Source: a virus | Taxonomy: Duplodnaviria > Caudoviricetes | Direction: 5' to 3' (one strand) | IMG/VR virus record: IMGVR_UViG_3300010163_000014 | Location: 26,237-90,236 of that record | Length of the DNA: 64,000 bases | In this document: positions 58,230 to 64,000 of the stretch, one piece after another | Layout: every line of letters begins with the position of its first letter | How positions within the stretch are numbered: position 1 is the first letter of the stretch | Translations under genes and position numbers: made by a program | Notes under the pieces: generated by a model | What the model saw: the letters and a program-made list of their open reading frames with translations, nothing else | What the model was told of the DNA's origin: nothing | The model's database searches: none

Positions 58230-58496
58230 ATGGCTTCTACTAGTAAAACCACTCAGCTAGGTTTAAATCAATGGGCAGAAAACGATGTTGTCCGTATGGA
58301 AGACTTCAATTCGGATAATAAGAAGATCGATGATGCCTTTAAGAATCTTCAGACTGATATCTGGGCTGCTGGTACCGCTCCTCCTGCTAATAAGAAACTT
58401 TTGTGGATTGACACCACTCCAGTTTCTGGAGGTCTAAAATACTATAATGGATCCGCGTGGGTTAATGTGCCTGTCGCATTTACTACGCCGTCCTAA
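58230..58496 (+). CDS. Tail-fibre-like mini-protein
   Basis: MAST.KT..LGLNQW...D.V..EDFN.DN.KID.A (fibre N-terminal anchor type) plus APP....LWIDT...LKYYNG..W, a module shared with the 19267 and 20814 fibres. Confidence 0.6.
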   Translation: MASTSKTTQLGLNQWAENDVVRMEDFNSDNKKIDDAFKNLQTDIWAAGTAPPANKKLLWIDTTPVSGGLKYYNGSAWVNVPVAFTTPS

Positions 58497-58524
58497 TAAA
58501 AACATATTAAGGAGAGATTTAACT

Positions 58525-58890
58525 ATGAGCAAGAATACACGTACTGCTGAATTCGAGATTACCAATGATCTACGGGACTACATTGAGTCCCTCCAGTATG
58601 AGACCAATGCCCGTAAGGACCTTCTGGCATTTATGCTGGAGCGTGGTCAGGGAGAGACTGAGGGGTTCAAGAAGTACCACACCGAGTATATTGAGTATTC
58701 TACCCAGTATGAGATGGCCAAGGCCCAGATCACCAATGAATATGTTATTCCCAAGTATGGTAAGAACGCGAGCTGGAATCTGGATTTCAAGACCGCCACT
58801 GTGACTGTCACCTACACGGAGCAGACTCCTGAAGTTACTGGTTGTAGCTGTGGTTGCTGCTCTCAGGGAGATGCCAAGACGGATGAGTAA
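58525..58890 (+). CDS. Small accessory protein of the CXXX-repeat radical SAM system (TIGR04116-like)
   Basis: AAGGAG RBS; helical body ending in SWNLDFKTATVTV, resembling the W.I.F.T..I end of that family; C-terminal GCSCGCC. Confidence 0.5.
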   Translation: MSKNTRTAEFEITNDLRDYIESLQYETNARKDLLAFMLERGQGETEGFKKYHTEYIEYSTQYEMAKAQITNEYVIPKYGKNASWNLDFKTATVTVTYTEQTPEVTGCSCGCCSQGDAKTDE

Positions 58891-60277
58891 AAAGCCAATT
58901 GCAATCAATAACAATTACGAGGAACCCTTTCACGACTATTTGCATCGGTTATTTGGCACAGAATATGCCGAACCCATGCATGTCGGTGGTAATCATGTCC
59001 GTGATATCACCATTCAAGTGACGGAAGCCTGTAATCTCTGCTGTACCTATTGCTATCAGCATGATAAAACTCCTGCTGTTCTTGATCTAGAGACCGGTAA
59101 GAAGTTTATCGACATGATCTTAGCAAGTGATGAGCGGAGTGAGCAGTACCTTCAGTCTAGAAATTGTGAAGGTGTCATTCTGAATTTCATTGGAGGGGAT
59201 CCTCTACTTGAAATTGATCTCATGGATCAGTTGACGGATTATTTCATTCAAAGAATGATTGATCTGGATCATCCATGGTTGACGAGATATCGGATCTCAG
59301 TGGGCACAAACGGTCTACTGTATTTTGATCCTAAATTCCAAGCATTTATCGAAAAGAATAAGTATCACCTGTCTATCTCTATTACGGTAGATGGTAATAA
59401 GAAACTCCATGATTCTTGTCGAATTGACCATAATGGCAATGGCAGCTATGATCGTGCGATGGCTGCTGTGAAAGATTGGCAGAGCCGAATTGGTGGAGAC
59501 GATCGAGTAGGAACGAAAATCACGATTGCCCCTGGCAATATTGATATTCTATCGGAAGCTCTAATTGAATTTGCGACTGGTACCACTCCCTTCATCAACT
59601 GCAATTGTGTTTATGAAGAGGGTTGGACACTTGAGCATGCCACCAAGCTCTATACTGAGCTGAAAAGAGTTGCCGATTATCTAGTTGAACATGATTTACA
59701 AGATAGTGCCTGGATCTCAATTCTGGATCAGGTATCTGGAATTAAAGCCGAAGGGGAACAGACCTGGTGTGGTGGTAACGGTTTGATGATGGCTCTGGAT
59801 GTCAGAGGTAATATCTACCCCTGTATCCGATATACTCCCTCCTCTATTGGAGGAAAGCAGCCTGACTTCATTATCGGTACTGCTGAGCATGGATTTGGAT
59901 ATACTCCCGAAGAGGCTCAGAGAATTAAGTGCCTATCATGTATTAAGAGGTCCACCCAATGCTCTCAGGAGTGTTTGGATTGCCCCATCTCTATGGGATG
60001 TGGTGACTGTGCTGGATATAGTTATGAGGTTACCGGTAAGATTGGTAGTCGTGTAACATATATCTGTGAGATGCATAAGGCAAGAGTCCTTGCCTCTGTA
60101 TACTACTCCAATATTGCATATCTGAAGAGTGGATTTAAGAGACCTCGTCCTCTATACGTTCCGAAGGAATGGGCTATCCCCATTATTGGAGAAGACGAGT
60201 ATAATATGCTTGTGGCATTGACTGAGAAGAATGCCGAGGCTATTAAAGATTATAATCCGTATAAATATCTCAATTAA
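58883..60277 (+). CDS. Radical SAM/SPASM peptide maturase (CXXX-repeat target family, TIGR04115-like)
   Basis: VTEACNLCCTYCYQ (CxxxCxxC); FIGGDPLL; TNG; SITVDG; SPASM Cys set WCGG...IYPC...C..C.....C..C...C. Confidence 0.9.
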   Translation: MSKKPIAINNNYEEPFHDYLHRLFGTEYAEPMHVGGNHVRDITIQVTEACNLCCTYCYQHDKTPAVLDLETGKKFIDMILASDERSEQYLQSRNCEGVILNFIGGDPLLEIDLMDQLTDYFIQRMIDLDHPWLTRYRISVGTNGLLYFDPKFQAFIEKNKYHLSISITVDGNKKLHDSCRIDHNGNGSYDRAMAAVKDWQSRIGGDDRVGTKITIAPGNIDILSEALIEFATGTTPFINCNCVYEEGWTLEHATKLYTELKRVADYLVEHDLQDSAWISILDQVSGIKAEGEQTWCGGNGLMMALDVRGNIYPCIRYTPSSIGGKQPDFIIGTAEHGFGYTPEEAQRIKCLSCIKRSTQCSQECLDCPISMGCGDCAGYSYEVTGKIGSRVTYICEMHKARVLASVYYSNIAYLKSGFKRPRPLYVPKEWAIPIIGEDEYNMLVALTEKNAEAIKDYNPYKYLN

Positions 60278-60279
60278 AT

Positions 60280-60317
60280 AAAGAAGGTAGTAGGATTTCT
60301 CCTACTACCTTCTTTTT
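60280..60317. terminator. Bidirectional terminator between the radical SAM and Cys-rich genes
   Basis: AAAGAAGGTAGTAGG/CCTACTACCTTCTTT. Confidence 0.85.
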
Positions 60318-60318
60318 A

Positions 60319-61302
60319 TTATTTCTGAGCAGTCCAAGAGCAGTTACTACAACCAGTACTGCCTGCACCCAGGCTTTGACTACTACCACATCCAGCACTA
60401 CAGTTACTACCACATCCAGAACAGCCTCCGGAGCAACCAGAGGAACATTTTCCTCCACATCCAGAGCATCCATTACAAGTACCTTTACAACCCTGACACC
60501 CAGAACAGGTACTATTGCACGCAGCACTACATGTACCAGTGCATCTTCCAGTACATCCAGAAGAGCATCCATCAGCTCCACATGATCCACCGCATCCCAG
60601 GTTACACCATCCTGCACAATCTGCAGTACACGATGAACATCCAGTACAAGAGGTACAAGAGGTACATGAAGTACAATGGTCACCACAATGATCAAAGCAA
60701 TTGCCTGAGCATGAGTAATCACACATATTACCACAATCATCACATGCTCCATCGCAACCACCACATCCAGAGCATCCAGTGCAATCATCACTACATCTAC
60801 CACCACAGGAGCTGCAACCATTATCACAACCACCGCAGCTATCGCAATAAAATGCACAACCGGATCCACAACCAGAACATCCACTACATCCGGTGCAAGA
60901 TGTACAACTGGTACATCCAGTATAGCATCCGTTGAAACATAATCCAGTACAGGATGCCTTACATCCAGTAGCAGCTAGAGTAGATGCATTGGCGGGCTTC
61001 TTGGATAGCTCAGTTACCTTGGCTTCCATCTGCTCAAACTCAACTTCGTCAACCACTCGTTTGCTATCCGGAGGAGTTTCAGCAGTGATTGCATAGAGAG
61101 GAACCACAATCTTATTATGGTACTCTTCAACAACAGTCAGACCATCGGCTGCAGTTCGAGTATAGTCGTATTGAGTCCCACTATATGCTGCAACTGAACC
61201 CTTACTATTTCTTCGGGCACATTCAGCTTTTACTTTAGCTTTCAATTGGTTAAATCTCTCGGGAGAGATAATTTGGTTGGCCAAAAGAATCATTCCTTTC
61301 AT
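60319..61302 (-). CDS. Cys-rich CXX/CXXX-repeat protein, putative radical SAM substrate (probable TTG start at 61284)
   Basis: ~110-aa N-terminal domain followed by ~214 aa with 56 Cys (my count), spaced mainly by 2-3 Gly/Ser/Thr/Asp residues. Confidence 0.85.
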   Translation of the reverse strand: MKGMILLANQIISPERFNQLKAKVKAECARRNSKGSVAAYSGTQYDYTRTAADGLTVVEEYHNKIVVPLYAITAETPPDSKRVVDEVEFEQMEAKVTELSKKPANASTLAATGCKASCTGLCFNGCYTGCTSCTSCTGCSGCSGCGSGCAFYCDSCGGCDNGCSSCGGRCSDDCTGCSGCGGCDGACDDCGNMCDYSCSGNCFDHCGDHCTSCTSCTSCTGCSSCTADCAGWCNLGCGGSCGADGCSSGCTGRCTGTCSAACNSTCSGCQGCKGTCNGCSGCGGKCSSGCSGGCSGCGSNCSAGCGSSQSLGAGSTGCSNCSWTAQK

Positions 61303-61312
61303 GAGACTAAAT

Positions 61313-61324
61313 TAATTCATTGTC
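61313..61324 (-). promoter_or_regulatory. Putative late promoter GACA-N6-TA for the Cys-rich gene
   Basis: GACA ATGAAT TA between the terminator at 61338-61376 and the RBS. Confidence 0.45.
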
Positions 61325-61337
61325 GATTCAATATGAT

Positions 61338-61376
61338 AAAAATGGTGTACTAGGGAATTTCCCTAGTACACCATTT
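61338..61376 (-). terminator. Intrinsic terminator
   Basis: AAATGGTGTACTAGGG/CCCTAGTACACCATTT. Confidence 0.8.
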
Positions 61377-61379
61377 ATT

Positions 61380-61922
61380 TTACTTACTGTGGGCAGTAGC
61401 CTTGGCAATCTGGGCATCCATCTTGTCAGTAATGGACTTACCAGCAGAGCTACCCATGGCAGAAGCACGACGCTTGCTGTTCTGGATAATCTTCTTAGCC
61501 TCAGTCTTCGCCTTGGCACCATACTTAGTATAGATGCCCTCACGAGCCTCGATCATCATCCGACGACCCTTGGCATACTTCGCATAGAGGACATCATCAT
61601 TCTTGGCAGCTAGACGGACAGCAGCACGATGCTCAATGGCATTGTACTTCGCGGTCTTATTCATCTTGACGATGGTCTTAGTGGCCTCAGTGGCAACATC
61701 GGCGTCAGCAATCAGACCATACATAGCCATCTCGATGGCAGCATTCTCCATCAGGTCCTGATACTCATCAGGAGTGCACTCACTCTCCAGAGCAGTCAGA
61801 AACAGTTCAGTCTCGGCCTTAGAATCGCCCAGCAGAGTGAGATTCTCTAGGCCATCACTCATGTTCTCCAGAGAGGAGAGCAGACCCATATTTTTATCCA
61901 TGGCAAAAGGATCTCCTTTCAA
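61380..61922 (-). CDS. Putative abundant head protein with acidic propeptide (probable start 61901)
   Basis: Acidic N-terminal half with SLE/GLE/ALE/ATE motifs; K/A/R-rich C-terminal half; strongly biased codons. Confidence 0.5.
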   Translation of the reverse strand: MKGDPFAMDKNMGLLSSLENMSDGLENLTLLGDSKAETELFLTALESECTPDEYQDLMENAAIEMAMYGLIADADVATEATKTIVKMNKTAKYNAIEHRAAVRLAAKNDDVLYAKYAKGRRMMIEAREGIYTKYGAKAKTEAKKIIQNSKRRASAMGSSAGKSITDKMDAQIAKATAHSK

Positions 61923-62027
61923 AATTTATTGTTGAGTCCAGTATTGATTGAATATTACGGGTATTGTTTGTGTACGTGGCAATAAACTAAGGTATTAAAA
62001 ATTACCGTACATTGTAAAATGTACGTT

Positions 62028-62037
62028 GATATATTAT
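62028..62037 (+). promoter_or_regulatory. Putative early promoter GATATATTAT
   Basis: Exact motif upstream of 62097. Confidence 0.5.
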
Positions 62038-62096
62038 TTCTTTGGATAGAAGTAATTATCCGAGATAATCTATTCAGGAAAGGACGTTAGTAACAA

Positions 62097-62906
62097 ATGC
62101 AAACGATAAATGTGAAACGATCGAGAAAACGGAATGGTATGAGTGAAGTGGAGTTTTCTGTCCATATGAGTAAGTGGGCCAAGGACAACGAGATGGCTAA
62201 GAGATATAAGAAAGACATTAAAGTTGCAATCATTGCTAGTTTACTGGCGCTCCTTGCCAGTGTTTCTAGCATCTCATTCTTTGCCGGTGTGATGATCTGC
62301 CAGCCGAAGAATACTCATGAGATTGCATATGTAGTAGAACCCACCGCAACTCCCATTCCAACCCCTACACCGACTCCGACCCCAACACCTGAGCCTACAC
62401 CAACCCCCACTCCGGAACCTACTCCCGAGCCTGAGCCCACTGAATATCTCCCTGAAGGTTTCAAGTATTTAGACATTCCCCTGAGCAAAGAGCTTCAACT
62501 TCATGCAGCCATGCTCTGTGAGCAGACTGACTGTATGTGGTATTCTCTGATGCTTGGAATCATGAATATTGAGACTGGGGGGACTTTCAGTAATAATCTC
62601 GAGAGCTCTATGGGTGCTCTGGGTATTATGCAAGTAATGCCCGACAATATTCGTGCATTCTGTGCTGAAACTGGATATACTTATGATGAAGTAGTTAACA
62701 ATCCCAAGGTTAATATGATGGCCGGTATTTGGGTTTGGGAACTCGGAGTGCATAACTATTCCAGAACCAACACCGCAGGATATCTGATGCGGTATAATGC
62801 CGGTCCTGGAAATGCAGCTCCTATGATCGAAGCCGGCGTCGTATCGTCCTATGCAAGTACTGTGCTATCCTATGAGGCGATGTATACTCAGATGCTTCAA
62901 AACTAA
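62097..62906 (+). CDS. Membrane-anchored lytic transglycosylase (SLT domain) with Pro/Thr linker
   Basis: TM helix; (PT)n/(PE)n linker; IMNIETGG (catalytic Glu); GALGIMQVMP; N...G; RYNAGPG. Confidence 0.85.
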   Translation: MQTINVKRSRKRNGMSEVEFSVHMSKWAKDNEMAKRYKKDIKVAIIASLLALLASVSSISFFAGVMICQPKNTHEIAYVVEPTATPIPTPTPTPTPTPEPTPTPTPEPTPEPEPTEYLPEGFKYLDIPLSKELQLHAAMLCEQTDCMWYSLMLGIMNIETGGTFSNNLESSMGALGIMQVMPDNIRAFCAETGYTYDEVVNNPKVNMMAGIWVWELGVHNYSRTNTAGYLMRYNAGPGNAAPMIEAGVVSSYASTVLSYEAMYTQMLQN

Positions 62907-62920
62907 GGAGGTAAAAAAGA

Positions 62921-62957
62921 AAAGAGAGTGCTGGATAAAACCAGCACTCTCTTTTTT
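62921..62957 (+). terminator. Intrinsic terminator
   Basis: AAAGAGAGTGCTGG/CCAGCACTCTCTTT. Confidence 0.85.
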
Positions 62958-62990
62958 GAGTATTTGACTGTATTGTAATAATCACGTATC

Positions 62991-63000
62991 GATATATTAT
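62991..63000 (+). promoter_or_regulatory. Putative early promoter GATATATTAT
   Basis: Exact motif upstream of a hairpin leader and the ORF at 63092. Confidence 0.5.
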
Positions 63001-63091
63001 TGATATGGTGATAAGACAAAATAGAAGTCCAGAAGCAGGCAGGAACTGCTTCTGGACTCTACTTATTCACCCCGAGAGGAGGTGAAATGAG

Positions 63092-63286
63092 ATGGACTAC
63101 ATTCGTCCGATCTCTACCTGTGCGCAAAGTGCAGATGACATTTTGGAAATGTTGTCTTGCCAGCTATCAGGCAAGAGATTTACACCTAAGGAATCCGTCA
63201 TGTCGGTTAATGTGAAGAAGACTTACTCCAATGGTGATATGCTCGTGCATCCGTTGGGCTTCACCCGCCGCGCGCAGGTTACTTAA
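63092..63286 (+). CDS. Small hypothetical protein (64 aa)
   Basis: GGAGG RBS; has its own promoter and terminator (63294-63338). Confidence 0.55.
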   Translation: MDYIRPISTCAQSADDILEMLSCQLSGKRFTPKESVMSVNVKKTYSNGDMLVHPLGFTRRAQVT

Positions 63287-63435
63287 GTGTAGGGAGGATG
63301 GTGGGATTTTATTACCCACCATCCTCTTTTTTCTTTTTGAAATTATCAGCCATTATTGTGTGATCCTTAAGAAGAAAGACTAAAATCTATATATTATTAA
63401 TGTAGAAAGCTTTCTCAGAAAGGAGTTCATAAATA

Positions 63436-64000
63436 ATGGCAAAGACCCAAGAAAAAGTAATTACTTACGAGAACTCGGTAGTTCTGAATGAGTGGAAGGA
63501 GAAAATGTTTGACATGCTCCAAGCTCAACACTCAGACAGAAAATTATCTCGTAGTAAAGTATACAAACGACTAGATAGAGTAATTCAAGAAAACCTAGTC
63601 AATCCTAAAGTCAGTATTGTCAATAACTATACAAATCAGAATGTCCGTTCTGATTTATTGACGTTGATCGATCTAATTGAAGATAATCATCTTATTATAG
63701 CTGGTGGTGGAATGATCTATCATCAGCATGCTACAAAGAGAAATCTTCTGATAGACTTTATCATCCATATCATGGATCAAAGAGCTTATTGGAAGAAAGA
63801 GAGAAAGAAGTATAAGAAGGGAACTGCGGATTATATCCGATGCGATATCCAACAAAATTTGATGAAATTGATTATCAATTCTTTGTATGGCTGTATGGGA
63901 TATCCTGGATTCTTCTTGTATAATGTCTTCAATGCAGAAGCAGTGACCAATCAGGGTCGGCATATCATCACAACTGCGATTGCATGTTTTGAGGGATTCC
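63436..64000 (+). CDS. Family-B DNA polymerase subunit, 5' part (runs off the window; not in ORF track)
   Basis: AAAGGAG RBS; open to the window edge; motif B MKLIINSLYG followed by A.AVT.QGR; TATATATTAT at 63388-63397. Confidence 0.85.
   Translation, partial: MAKTQEKVITYENSVVLNEWKEKMFDMLQAQHSDRKLSRSKVYKRLDRVIQENLVNPKVSIVNNYTNQNVRSDLLTLIDLIEDNHLIIAGGGMIYHQHATKRNLLIDFIIHIMDQRAYWKKERKKYKKGTADYIRCDIQQNLMKLIINSLYGCMGYPGFFLYNVFNAEAVTNQGRHIITTAIACFEGF

Noticed and set aside
60270-60935. Alternative-frame ORFs over the Cys-rich gene (60270-60884 minus, V/D-rich; 60531-60935 plus, His-rich; 60376-60585 plus, T/S-rich)
   Set aside because: They are by-products of the repetitive TGT/GGA codons, lack an RBS and overlap the better-supported gene.
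62340-62440. Short tandem repeats resembling an array
   Set aside because: They encode the Pro/Thr/Glu linker of the transglycosylase; no repeat-spacer structure, so not CRISPR.
1-64000. Stop-codon recoding, diversity-generating retroelement, transposase, chimallin/PhuZ
   Set aside because: Genes are full length under the standard code with all three stops in use; no reverse transcriptase, transposase or tubulin motifs were recognised, though chimallin could be missed by eye.

Overview
This window looks like part of a jumbo tailed-phage genome of the phiKZ/AR9(PBS1)-related type, probably infecting a Firmicute (inferred from the holin, tail-fibre and transglycosylase types and the strong GGAGG/AAGGAG ribosome-binding sites). 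It uses the standard genetic code, is densely coding and has many intrinsic terminators. Recognisable genes: type IIA topoisomerase subunits (gyrB, gyrA), a long GroEL-like chaperonin, a divergent ThyX, a prohead serine protease, a kinase-like protein, the start of a family-B DNA polymerase at the right edge plus a separate small PolB-palm-like protein, a baseplate/tail-fibre/holin block (14.5-26.9 kb), a membrane-anchored lytic transglycosylase and a possible sigma-like phage RNA polymerase subunit. Two promoter-like motifs recur: RATAYATTAT before early/replication genes and RACA-N6-TA before virion genes. The most striking locus is 58.2-61.3 kb: a tail-fibre-like mini-protein, a small accessory protein and a radical SAM/SPASM enzyme, facing a gene for a protein with about 56 Cys in CXX/CXXX repeats that has its own late-type promoter. 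This suggests radical-SAM modification of a phage, possibly virion, protein. Also notable are three catalytically dead prohead-protease-like domains between gyrB and gyrA and several structured intergenic RNA candidates. I saw no CRISPR array, canonical tRNA, rRNA, transposase or reverse transcriptase. All family assignments come from motif recognition by eye; no database search was run.
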